A program made the position numbers and the translations under genes. A DNA stretch of 64,000 nt from Heterodontus francisci (taxonomy: Eukaryota), in the NCBI RefSeq assembly GCF_036365525.1, contig NW_027142006.1, positions 6,696,001 to 6,760,000 of the forward strand. Reading direction: 5' to 3'. Positions 12,931 to 25,011 of the stretch are shown here, piece after piece; within the stretch, counting starts at the first letter, position 1, and every line of letters begins with the position of its first letter. The notes beneath the pieces were generated by a model that saw nothing but the letters and a program-made list of their open reading frames with translations, was not told the origin of the DNA and did no database searches.

Positions 12931-13679
12931 TATCGCACACCTACATGATGGACGTGCTTTCCAAAATGGGGTTTTGGGAGGGAATCTGCAATTGGATCCA
13001 ACTGCTCTACACAAACATCAGTAGCGCAGTGTCAATCAACGGGTGGGAATCTGAAAGTTTCCCGATCAAATCTGGAGTCAGACAGGGCTGTCCTCTGTCC
13101 CCGGTCTTGTTTGTTTGCTGTATTGAACCCTTTGCTGAGTCTATTAGGAAGGATGCGAGCATAAGAGGGGTGACAATCCCAGGCAGCGGAGGCACTCAGG
13201 TCAAAACCTCCCTGTACATGGATGACGTCGCCGTCTTCTGCTCGGATCCGCTGTCCATGTGCAGACTGATGAGCATCTGCGACCAGTTCGAACTGGCCTC
13301 GGGAGCCAAAGTTAACCACGGCAAGAGCGAGGCCATGTTCCTTGGGAACTGGGCTGAACGATCCTTTGTCCCCTTCACCGTCAAGGCTCAATGGGGAAAG
13401 ACCACAGTGTAAGGTTCCCCCACCAAGCTGGACTGAGGGGCTGGAACCATGGGAAGCCCCTCGAACTGTATCGTTAATATTCTCAATTGCTGTAAATGTA
13501 AAACTGCAATTGACATGACAATTGTGAAACGGAAGGGTTGGGAAGAAACTCATGACATTATTGAAAGAAACCGATCTCTTTTGCAATGTTTGTATTTTTT
13601 CGTGCTGTTTGGAAACTGATTGGCAATGTAATTTTTACAGATTTTTATGAATAAAGTATATTTTGGAAATAAAAAAAAA
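12929..13679 (+). mobile_element. Chimeric L1/Tx1-clade fragment: RT segment joined in frame to a 3' end, with 1134 nt missing
   Basis: 12929-13383 is identical to 37938-38392, then jumps to KAQWGKTTV*, the 3'UTR, AATAAA and an A-tail. ORF is 164 aa versus 542 aa in the other copy. Confidence 0.92.
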
Positions 13680-15900
13680 TAGTAGGGGATTTTAACCAAC
13701 ATGAACTGGGATAGTTTTAATATGAAAAGAATTGAGGGAGCAGAATTCTTGAGCTGCATTCGGGAGAACATTTTTAGCCAATATGTAGCAAGTTCAACAA
13801 GAGAGGGTGCAGTTTTAGACTTAGTTTTGGGAAATGAAGATGGGCAGGTGGAAGGAGTGGCAGTGGGAGAGCATTTTGGTGGGAGTGATCATAATTCAGT
13901 CAGTTTTAACATAACTATGGAAAGGACAAGGATACAACAGGAGTTAGAGTTCTCAATTGGGGCAAGGACAACTTTACGAAGCTGAGGAGTGATTCAGCGA
14001 AAGTGGATTGGAAACAGCTACTTGAAGGTAAATCAGTGTCAGAGCAGTGGGAAGAATTCAAACGGGAGATTCAAGGGGTTCAGAGTAAACATGTTCCCAC
14101 AAAGAAAAAAGGGTGGGACGGCCAAATCGAGAGCCCCATGGATGTCAAGGAGCTTATGGGTATAATAAGGCAGTAAAGGAAAGCTTATGCCAGACACAGA
14201 GAACTCAATACTGCAGAAAGCCAAGAGGAGTATAGAATGTGGAGGGGGGAAATCAAAAATGAAATTAGGAAACTGAAGAGAAAGCATGAAAGAATATTGG
14301 CAATCAAAATCAAGGTGAACCCAGAGATGTTTGATCAATACATTAAGAGTAAAAGGATAACTAAGGAAATTGTATGGCCCATAAAAGACCAGAAGGGTAA
14401 CTTGTGTGTAGGGGCAGAAGATGTTGGTAATGTTCTTAATGAATACTTTGCATCTGTCTTCACAAAAGAGAGGGGACGATGCAGGTGTTGTAGTTAAGGA
14501 AGAGCGGTGTGAAGTATTGGATGTGATCAACAGAGGGAGAGAGGACATATTAATAGGATTAGTGTATTTGAAAGTTGATAAATCACCAGGGCAGGATGAA
14601 AAGTACCATAGGCTGTTAAAAGAAGAAAGAGAGGAAACAGCAGAAGGTCTGACCATCATTTTCCAGTCCTCACTGGATACAGGTGTGGTTTTGGAGAACT
14701 GCTAACGTTGTACATCTGTTTAAAAAGGGAGTGAGGGATAGACCGAATAATTACAGGCCAGCCAGACTAACCTCAGTAGTGGGCAAATTATTGGAAACCA
14801 TTCAGAGCGACAGGATAAACTGTCACTTAGAAAGGCACAGATAAATCAAGCATAGTCAGCATGGATTTGTTATGGGAAGATCCTGTCTGACCAACTTGAT
14901 TGAATTTTTTGAAGAAGTAACAAGGAAGATAGACGAGGGTCGTGAAGTTGATGTAGTCTACATGGACGTAAACGTGCGGGTCACGATCCAAGAAATTTGC
15001 AGATGACACAAAGATTGGTCATCTGGTAAATAGCATGGAGGATAGCTGTCGGCTGCAGAAAGATATTGATGGTCTGGTCAGGTGGGCAGAAAAATGGCAA
15101 ATGGAATTCAACCTGGAGAAGTGTGTGGTGAAGCATTTGGGGAGGTCAAACAAGGCAAAGGAAGACACGATTAATAAGAAAATGCTGATAGGTGTAGAGA
15201 AAGTGAGGGACCTTGGAGTAAATGTCCACAGATCCCTGAAGGTAGCAGGACAGGTCGATAATGTGGTCAGAAGGTATGTGGAATCCTTTTCTTTATGAGC
15301 CGAGGTATAGAATATAAGAGCAGGGAGGTTGTGCTGTAACTGTATAAATCATTAGTCAGGCCACAACATGAGTACTGTGTGCAGTTGTGATCATCTCATT
15401 GCAGAAAGGATGTAATTGCACTAGAGAGGGTACAGAGGAGATTTACGAGGATGTTGCCGGGACTGGAAAAATGCAGCTATGAGGAAAGATTGGATAGGCT
15501 GGGGCTGTTCTCCTTGGTGCAGAGAAGACTGAAATGCACAAAATTTTGAGGGGTCTGGATAGAGTTGAGGTGAAGGGTCTATTCACCTTAGCAGAGAGAT
15601 CAGTGACTAGGGGCATAGATTTAAAGTGATTGGTAGAAAGGTTACAGGAGAGAAGAGGAAATGTTTTTTCAACCAGAGGGTGGTGAGGGTCTGGAACTCA
15701 CTGCCTGAAAGGGGAGTTGAGACAGAAACCTTCAACTCATTCAAAAGGAGTCTGGATATGCACCTCAAATGCCATAATCTGCAGGGCTGCGGACCAAATG
15801 TTGGAAGGTGGGATTCGAATGGGTAGAATGTTTTTCATCTGGCACAGACACAATGGGCCAAGTGGCCTCTTTCTGTGCCTTCAACTTTCTATGATTCTAT
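13680..15900 (+). mobile_element. Decayed CR1 LINE, cut at its 5' side by the Tx1 A-tail; paralogue of 59195-61460
   Basis: GDFN, LDLVLGNE, SDHN, DKSPG and VVYMD motifs. Shares an internal RT deletion (YMD-VNV-...KFADD) with the minus-strand copy. Confidence 0.88.
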
Positions 15901-17087
15901 AAATTACCCAGCTGCTTTAGTGGAATTTGAACTCATGTCTTTGGACCATTCGTGGAGACTTCTGGATTACTCGTCCTGTAAAGTAACCACAAAATCACCA
16001 TACCTCTGAGATTTTTTACTGGTTTGTAATGTGGATTTCAGTATACACAAATGGAATTGATAATCTGTTTCACTCTGATAATGTATGAATTTTTTGACTG
16101 GTAAATAATGTGTATCTCTGTCTTTGTATTTTTCAATTCCGCAGTCTGGATGAGTTCTGTACAGGCATCTAATTTATATCACAGTTTACACTTCATATCA
16201 GTTTTGCTCAATCTAATACTGTATGTAATTTTTGGATTGGCAATGTTTAGATCAATCTGCACTATTGGAATTTATACTGCATCTTTCAATTTCACGGTGT
16301 GGGTGAGTTCTGAACTGGTATCTAATTTGTGTCTCAGGTTACAGTATCTTTCAGCACCTTTGAAGCTTTCACTGTAAAAAATGTTGGACTTGTATGTCAC
16401 TCAAGGTACACTATGGGGATATTTAAACATCCTTTATCATGGGTGTGAGCTTTGGGTATGGTATTTAATTTAAATATCAGGCTATATCATTCGGTCAGAT
16501 TCTGTGCCATTCAATCAGTACCGTGGGCCAATTCTATCTGATATTTAATTGCTAGCTAAGTCTGCATTATATTTAGACTGACACATTGCATTTCAATCTG
16601 CTAGTGGGTGTGATTTTGACCTGGGATTGAGGTATCTGACTGTCAATGGGACTGAATTGGGGTGAAATGGAAACAACCTCTTTCTCTCCTGCTTTGTTTG
16701 ATTGTTGGATTGAAAATGTGCCTCTGGAACTTGGGATCAATGTGAGCCTGACTACTTCTGCAGTCTGAGACTAGGGACCTGATGAACTGTCTGTGCCTCT
16801 GTACTCTGAGTGATAATGTACCTACTGTGTGAGAGAGGAGCTGGCTGCACAGTTCCTTGTGCCTCAAGTGCAGGAACCATCACAATTCCTTCAAGTATCT
16901 GCCTGCATGAAGAAAAAGTATATCTTATAACTCAAGAACAGATGCGGTGCAAAATATCAGATGAATTAAATTTCTCAATGAATAATCATTAATAACAGCC
17001 ACAAATGTAGACCAGTGTCAGTATCTGCCTCCACCGAAGTACTGAAGCTCCCAGCTCCTGCATCACAAGTGTTCTGGGCAGATCCAT

Positions 17088-20000
17088 AGAGTCATAGAGT
17101 CATACGGCATAGAAACAGGCCCTTCAGCCCACCGCGTCCATGCCGACCATAATGCCCATCCATACTAATCACACCTGCCTGCATTAATTCCATATCCCTC
17201 TATGCCTTGCTCATTCAAGTACCTGTCCGGATGCCTCTTAAATGTTGCTACTGTTCCTGCCTCCACCACCACCTCAGGCAGCTCATTCCAGATACCCACT
17301 ACTCTTTGTGTGAAAAATTTACCCCTTTGATCCTCTTTAAACCTCCTCCCTCTCACGTTAAATCTATGCCGTCTAGTTTTAGTCACCCCTACCATGGGAA
17401 ACAGACTCTGGCTGTCCACCCACCTATGCCTCATAATTTTATATACCTCTATCATGTCTCCTCTCAGCCTCCTTTGCTCCAGGGAAAACAGACCCAGCCT
17501 ATCCAATCTCTCTTTATAACTCAAGCCCTCCAAACCAGGCAACATCCTTGTGAATCTTTTCTGCACCCTCTCTAGCTTAATCACATCTTTCCTGTCGTGT
17601 GGCGACCAGAACTGCACACCGTACTCCAAATGCAGCCTAACCAACGTTTTGTACAACTGTAACATGTTGTCCCAACTCTTGTACTCAATGCCTCAGCCGA
17701 TGAAGTCAAGCATGCCATATGCCTTCTTCACCATCCTGTCTACCGGTGTTGCTACTTTCAGGGAACTATGTACTTGCACCCCAAGGTCTCTCTGCTCAAC
17801 AACACTCCCCAAGGCCCTGCCATTCACTATATATGTCCTGCCCTGGTTTAACTTCCCAAAATGCATCACTTCACACTTGCCTGCGTTAAATTCCATTTGC
17901 CAATCCCTTGCCCACTTTCCCAGTTTATCTATATCCTGTTGTAACATTAGACAACCTTCTTCACTGTCCACTATACCACCAATTTTGGTGTCATCTGCAA
18001 ACTTACTAATCATGCCCCCAACATTCACATCTAAGTCATTAATATATATGACAAACAGAGGGCAAAGCACCGACCCCTGCGGCACACCACTGGTCACCGG
18101 CCTCCGATCGGAAAAACAACCCTCCACTACCACCTTCTGCCTCCAATCACCAAGCCAATTTTGTATCCAATTTGCTAGCTTACCCTGGATCCCATGTGTT
18201 CGAACCTTCCGGACCAGCCTATCTTGCGGGGCCTTGCTAAAGGCCTTGCTAAAGTCCATGTAGAAAACGTCCATCGCTCTGCCCTCATCAATCCTCTTGG
18301 TCACCTCCTCGAGAAACTGAATCAAATTCATTAGACATGATTTCCCACGCACAAAGCCATTTTGACTATCCCTAATCAGACCATGCCTTTCCAAATGCAT
18401 ATAAATCCTGTCTCTCAGAATCCCTTTCAATAACTTTCCCTCCACTGATGTAAGGCTCACCGGCCTGCAGTTCCCTGGCTTATCCCTGCAGCCCTTCTTA
18501 AATAAAGGCACAACATCAGCTATCCTCCAGTCTTCCGGTACCTCAGCCGTGGCTAACGATGATACAAAAATCTCTGCCAGGGCCCCAGCAATCTCCTCCC
18601 TTGCTTCCCATAGCATCCTAGGATACACCTGGTCAGACCCTGAGGATTTATCCACCTTAATGCACTTCAAAACCTCCAACACCACCTCCTTTGTAATGTT
18701 GATATGCTCCAGGATATTGCTGTTCCCTCCCTTGAACTCACTAGATTCCATGACCTTCTCCACGGTAAATACGGACGAAAAATATTCATTTAAGACCTCG
18801 CCCATTTCCTGTGGCTCCACACATAGATTGCCACACTGATCCTTAAGGGGACCTACTGTCCCCCTAGCTACCCTCTTACTCTTAATATACTTATAGAATC
18901 TTTTAGGATTCTCCTTTATATTATCTGCCAGGGAAATCTCATGGCCCCTTTTCAAAGAACAAAGAACAGTACAGCACAGTAACAGGCCATTCGGCCCTCC
19001 AAGCCTGCGCCGATCTTGATGCCTGCCTAAACTAAAACCTTCTGCACTTCCGGGGACCGTATCCCTCTATTCCCTTCCTATTCATGTATTTGTCAAGATG
19101 CCTCTTAAACGTCGCTATCGTACCTGCTTCCACCACTTCCCCCGGCAGCAAGTTCCAGGCACTCACCAACCTCTGTGTAAAGAACTTGCCTCGCACATCC
19201 CCTCTAAACTTTGCTCCTCTCACCTTAAACCTATGTCCCCTAGTAACTGACTCTTCCACCCTGGGAAAGAGCTTCTGACTATCCACTCTGTCCATGCCGC
19301 TTATAACTTTGAAAACCTCTATCATGTCGCCCCTCCACCTCCGTCGTTCCAGTGAAAACAATGAGTTTATCCAACCTCTCCTCTTAGCTGATGCCCTCCA
19401 GACCAGGCAACATCCTGGTAAACCTCTTCTATACCCTCTCCAAAGCCTCCACGTCCTTCTGGTCATGTGGCAACCCTCCTAATTTCCTATTTCCTTCTTA
19501 CGTGTCGTCCTAAATCCCCTATACTCCTCCAGGGACTCACTCGATCCCAGCTGCCTATACCTGACATGTGCCTCCTTCTTTGTCCTGACCAGACCCTCAA
19601 TATCCCTCGTCAACCAAGGTTCCCTAAACTTGCCAGCCTTGCCCTTCCATCTAACAGGAACATGCTGGCCCTGAACTCTTCCTATCTCACTTTTAAAAGC
19701 CTCCCACTTGCCAGACGTCCCTTTACCTGTAAACAACCTCTCCCATTCAACTTTTGAGAATTCCTGTCTGATGCCATCAAAATTAGCCTTCCCCCAATTT
19801 ATGACTTCAACCTGAGGACCAGTCCTATCCTTTTCCATAACTATCTTGAAGCTAATAGAATTATGTTCACTGGTCCCAAAGTGCTCCCCCACTGACACAT
19901 CAACCACCTGCCCATCCTCATTTCCTAAGAGGAGGTCGAGTGTAGCCCCTTTCTCTAGTCGGGCCATCCACATACTGCTTCAGAAAACTATCCTGGACAC

Positions 20001-20487
20001 ATTTAAAAAATTCTTCCCATCTGATCCCTTAGCACGAAGGCAGTCCCAGTCAATATGAGGGAAGTTAAAATCACCTATTATTACAACCCTATAAGTCCTA
20101 CACCTATCTGTGATTTCCCTACCTATATGTTCCTCCACTTCCCTCTGACTATTGGGGGGTCTATAGTATAATCCCATCAAAGGGATCACCCCTTTCTTAT
20201 TTCTAAGTTCTCCCCATTTGGCCTCACTGGACATTCACCCCGGGATATCCTCTCTAAGTACTGCCGTGATGACTTCCCTAATCAATATTGCAACTCCCCC
20301 TCCTCTCTTACCTCCACCTCTGTCACACCGGAAGGATCGGTACCCCGGAACATTGAGCTGCCAGTCCTGCCCATCCCTCAACTACAATTCCGTAATAGCT
20401 ATAATATCACAATCCCATGTACCGATCCATGCTCTGAGTTCATCTGCCTTACCTGTAAGGCTTCTTGCATTAAAATAAATGCAGTTT
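17088..20487 (-). mobile_element. CR1 LINE (APE + RT, 420-aa ORF 17693-18955)
   Basis: RT motifs YMDFSKA, GVPQGS and FADDTK; (ACTCTATG)n tail; ATCCAT repeated at 17082-17087 and 20488-20493; empty site in the paralogue near 56110. Confidence 0.92.
18953..19471 (-). mobile_element. 3' fragment of a second CR1 family nested in the 17088-20487 element
   Basis: Own C-terminus (FSLERRR..RGDMIEV..FFTQR) and a (TTCTTTG)n tail. It interrupts the host between KEI.R and KRGHE. Confidence 0.85.
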
Positions 20488-20841
20488 ATCCATCCAGACA
20501 AAACACTGCACTGGGATTGTTCCAACTGCTCTATGCTCTACATATATTTCCAACCATCTTGCTTCATATGAATGAAAGATAAATAAAGTCCGATATGTAT
20601 ATCTCTCAATTCCTTTCTCCCCATACACTTGTTCCACCTTCCCTGCATCGATACTATTTGCCTCAACCTCTCCCTGTGATAGCAAATCCCAGCTTCTAAC
20701 CATTCACTACATAAATACATATTTCATGAATTCCTCATTGGTTTTATGAATGGCGATTTTATATTTTTGGCTCTTGTTTCACCACAAAAGTAAACATGCA
20801 TCCTTGTACTTTATAAAAGCCGTTCATTATTTCCTCACTTT

Positions 20842-21962
20842 TTTCATTTGTTCATGGGATGTAGGCATCACTGGCTATGCCAGCATTCATTGCCCATTCC
20901 AAATTGCCTTAAACAAAGTGGTAGTGAGCTGCCTTCTTGAGCCGCTGCAGTCCTTGAGATGTCGGAACACCAACAGTGCTGTTTGGAAGGGAGTTCCAGG
21001 ATTTTTACCCAGCGACAATGAAGGAATGGCGATATAGTTCCAAGTCAGGATGGTTTGTGGCTTGCAGGGGAACTTGGTGTTCCCATGCATCTGCTACCCT
21101 TGTCCTTTTAGGTAGTAGAGGTTGCGGGTTTGGAAGGTGCTGTCGAAGGAGCGTTGGTGAGTTGCTGCAGTGCATCTTGTAGATGGTACACACTGCTGCC
21201 ACTGTGCATCGGTGATGAATGTTGAAGGTGGCGGATGGGGGCAATCAAACAGGCTACTTGAGTGTTGTTGGAGCTGCACTTATCCAGACAAGTGGAGAGT
21301 ATTGCATCACACTCCTGACTTGTGCCTTGTAAATGGTGGACATGTGTGGGGAGACAGGAGGTGAGTTATTCGCCACAGAGTTCCTAGCTGTTGTTCCTAG
21401 CAGACCTGCTGTTGTAGCCACAGCATTTATGTGCCTGGTCCAGTTCAGTTTCTGGTCAATGGTAACCTCCAGGATGTTGATGGTGGTGGATTCAGTGATG
21501 GTAATGCCATTGATCATCAAGGAGAGATGATTAGATTCTCTCTTGTTTGAGATGGTCATTGCCTGGCACTTATGTGGCATGAATGTTACTGCCACTCATC
21601 AGCCCAAGCCTGGATGTTGACCAGGTCTTGCTGCATCTGATCATGGGCTATCTGAGGAGTCACGAATGGTGCTGAACATTGTGAATATCGCCACTTCTGG
21701 CCTTGTGATGGAGGGAAGGTCATTGATGAAGCAGCTGAAGATGGTTGGGCCTAGAACACTAGCCTGAGGAACTCCAGCAGTAATGTCCTGTGACTGAGAT
21801 GATTGACCTGAACAACCATAGCCATATTCCTTTGTGTTAGGTCTGACTCCAACCAGCGGAGAGTTTTACTCCTGATTCCCATTTACTCTAGTTTTGCTTG
21901 GGCTCCATGGTACCATACACGGACAAAGGCGGCCTTGATGTCAAAGGCAGTCACTCTCACCT
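20842..21962 (-). mobile_element. Decayed CR1/L2-group LINE RT fragment; shorter paralogue at 55315-55742 (+)
   Basis: EVRVTALDIKA, GP.IFSCFINDLP and IYKAQVRSVM.YSPL.W remnants, and an A-rich 3' end. Confidence 0.75.
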
Positions 21963-21984
21963 CACAATGCAGTGTTGCTTTAAC

Positions 21985-22125
21985 CCGAAAACAAAAGCAA
22001 AATTCTGCAGCTGCTGGAAATTTGAAAAAAAAACAAAAGTGCTGCAAATACTCAGGCCTTCAGGCAGCAAATGTGGAGAGTGAAACACAATTAAGGTTTC
22101 AGGTCTGTGCCCTTTCATCTTACGA
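21985..22125 (-). mobile_element. Degenerate Penelope-like terminal fragment; paralogue at 55150-55290 (+)
   Basis: Similar to 4927-5002 (AAATACTCAG...GGCAGCA..TGTGGAGAG.GAAACA..TTAA.GTTTCAGGTC). Confidence 0.55.
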
Positions 22126-22164
22126 TATGTTTTATGTCCCGGTATGTAAGGTCAGGTGATAGGC

Positions 22165-23683
22165 GGGGTATAAAGAGCAGTGAGCCGAGGCCCGAGACCA
22201 GAAGCAGTGACAGTGTCGGTGGCGAGAGGAGCTGGGGTACAAAGAGCAGTGAGCCGAGGCCCGAGACCAGAAGCAGTGACAGTGTCGGTGGCGAGAGGAG
22301 CCGGGGTATAAAGAGCGGTGAGCCGAGGCCCGAGACCAGAAGCAGTGACAGTGTCGATGGCGAGAGGAGCTGGGGTATAAAGAGCAGTGAGCCGAGGCCC
22401 GAGACCAGAAGCAGTGACAGTGTCGGTGGCGAGAGGAGCCTGGGTATAAAGAGCGGTGAGCTGAGGCCCGAGACCAGAAGCAGTGACAGTGTCGGTGGCG
22501 AGAGGAGCTGGGGTATAAAGAGCAGTGAGCCGAGGCCCGAGACCAGAAGCAGTGACAGTGTCGGTGGCGAGAGGAGCTGGGGTATAAAGAGCAGTGAGCC
22601 GAGGCCTGAGACCAGAAGCAGTGACAGTGTCGGTGGCGAGAGGAGCTGGGGTATAAAGAGCAGTGAGCCGAGGCCCGAGACCAGAAGCAGTGACAGTGTC
22701 GGTGGCGAGAGGAGCTGGGGTATAAAGAGCAGTGAGCCGAGGCCCGAGACCAGAAGCAGTGACAGTGTCGGTGGCGAGAGGAGCCGGGGTATAAAGAGCG
22801 GTGAGCCGAGGCCCGAGACCAGAAGCAGTGACAGTGTCGGTGGCGAGAGGAGCTGGGGTATAAAGAGCGGTGAGCCGAGGCCCGAGACCAGAAGCAGTGA
22901 CAGTGTCGGTGGCGAGAGGAGCCTGGGTATAAAGAGCGGTGAGCTGAGGCCCGAGACCAGAAGCAGTGACAGTGTCGGTGGCGAGAGGAGCTGGGATATA
23001 AAGAGCAGTGAGCCGAGGCCCGAGACCAGAAGCAGTGACAGTGTCGGTGGCGAGATGAGCCGGGGTATAAAGAGCAGTGAGCCGAGGCCTGAGACCAGAA
23101 GCAGTGACAGTGTCGGTGGCGAGAGGAGCTGGGGTATAAAGAGCAGTGAGCCGAGGCCCGAGACCAGAAGCAGTGACAGTGTCGGTGGCGAGAGGAGCTG
23201 GGGTATAAAGAGCAGTGAGCCGAGGCCCGAGACCAGAAGCAGTGACAGTGTCGGTGGCGAGAGGAGCTGGGGTATAAAGAGCAGTGAGCCGAGGCCCGAG
23301 ACCAGAAGCAGTGACAGTGTCGGTGCCGAGAGGAGCTGGGGTATAAAGAGCAGTGAGCCGAGGCCCGAGACCAGAAGCAGTGACAGTGTCGGTGGCGAGA
23401 GGAGCTGGGGTATAAAGATCAGTGAGCCGAGGCCCGAGACCAGAAGCAGTGACAGTGTCGGTGGCGAGAGGAGCTGGGGTATAAAGAGCAGTGAGCCGAG
23501 GCCCGAGACCAGAAGCAGTGACAGTGTCGGTGGCGAGAGGAGCTGGGGTATAAAGAGCAGTGAGCCGAGGCCCGAGACCAGAAGCAGTGACAGTGTCGGT
23601 GGCGAGAGGAGCCTGGGTATAAAGAGCAGTGAGCCGAGGCCCGAGACCAGAAGCAGTGACAGTGTCGGTGGCAAGAGCTCTGT
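22165..23683 (+). repeat. Tandem array of about 22 x 69 bp, each unit containing GGGGTATAAAGAG
   Basis: Unit GGGGTATAAAGAGCAGTGAGCCGAGGCCCGAGACCAGAAGCAGTGACAGTGTCGGTGGCGAGAGGAGCT, with 0-3 substitutions per unit and no spacers. Confidence 0.97.
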
Positions 23684-24659
23684 TCAGTTCTGTGGACCTG
23701 CTTGACCAGCAATAATCGAAGTGTGACATCACAGGAGAGCCGGTAAGTGATTGGTGGGTATTTCTTCCATGTCTGTTTTGTTTTGGCCAAGTGATTTAAA
23801 TCAGGAGATGTCATTACAGGTTAAGATTACAATTAAATGTTTTTTTTTAAATACTGCAATCCAAATTAATTAATTAAATAGAATAGAGATGGCTGGGCAG
23901 GCGATGTGTTACAGCTGTAGTATGTGGGAGCTGGTGGACGCCGATGCAATCCACGGTGACCACATCTTCAGCAAGTGTTAGCTGATTGAGGAACTTTGGC
24001 TCAGAGTTGATGAGCTGGAGTCCGAGCTGTGGACACTGCGACGCATCAGGGAGGGCGAAAGTTACCTGGACACTGTTTCAGGAGACAGTCACACCCCTTA
24101 GATTAATTACATACAATTTGGACCATGGTCAGGGACAGGAGGGTGTGACTGCGAGTGAGGCAGGTATGGGGATCCAGAATGTAGCTTTGGAGGAGCCTCA
24201 GCCAGTGCCCTTATCCAATAGGTACGAGATTTTTGCTTCCAATGTGGATAAGGGCACAGGCTGCAGGGAGGATGAGTGAACTGACCACCCTGGTTCAGAG
24301 CGCCATTCAAGTGGGGGGAGAAAAGAGAAATATTGTAGTCATAGGGGATAGCATAGTTAGGGGAATAGATACTGTTATCCACAGCAAAGATATAGAGAGT
24401 CCCGAAGATTGTGTTGCCTACCTGGTGCCAAGGTTAAGGACATCTTTTCCGGGCGAGAGAGGAATTTGGAGTGGGAAGGAAAGGATCCAGTTGTTGTGAT
24501 CCACATAGATACCAACAACATAGGTCGGACTAGGAAAGAGGTTCTGCTGAGGGACTATGAGCAGCTTGAGGCTAAATTAAAAAGCAGAACCACAAAGGTA
24601 ATAATCTCCGGATTACTATCTGAGCCACGTGCAAATTGGCACAGGGTAAATAAGATTAG

Positions 24660-25011
24660 GGCGGCACAGTGGCGCAGTGGTTAGCACTGCAGCCTCACAG
24701 CTCCAGGGACCCAGGTTCGATTCTGGGCACTGCCTGTGTGGAGTTTGCAAGTTCTCCCTGTGTCTGCGTGGGTTTTCTCCGGGTGCTCCGGTTTCCTCCC
24801 ACAAGCCAAAAGACTTGCAGGTTGGTAGGTAAATTGGCCATTATAAATTGTCACTAGTATAGGTAGGTGGTAGGGAAATATAGGGACAGATGGGGATGTT
24901 TGGTAGGAATATGGGATTAGTGTAGGATTAGTATAAATGGGTGGTTGATGGTCGGCACAGACTCGGTGGGCCGAAGGGCCTGTTTCAGTGCTGTATCTCT
25001 AATCTAATCTA
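24660..25011 (+). mobile_element. tRNA-derived V-SINE (HE1-like) inserted in CR1 ORF1
   Basis: Full head GGCGGCACAGTGGCGCAGTGGTTAGC..GGTTCGATTC; (CTAAT)n tail; TSD AAGATTAG at 24652-24659 and 25012-25019. Confidence 0.93.

Larger units (their letters stand above)
1..13383 (+). repeat. Tandem segmental duplication, copy 1 (partial, runs off the window start); matches 25010-38392
   Basis: Every ORF in 200-12918 recurs at a constant +25,009 offset. Only six substitutions noticed by eye (3786, 3807, 6284, 7065, 7328, 12714) and no indels. Confidence 0.97.

Noticed and set aside
22165-23683. CRISPR-like array
   Set aside because: Units are contiguous with no unique spacers, the context is eukaryotic, and there are no cas genes.
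22107-23732. Three long ORFs (519-532 aa) with 23-aa repeats
   Set aside because: By-product of a stop-free 69-bp unit (a multiple of 3) that is open on both strands, with no ATG start and a location in a CR1 5' region.
24660-24735. tRNA genes
   Set aside because: The A/B boxes are SINE heads that continue into the V-domain and CR1-like tail, with no complete cloverleaf.
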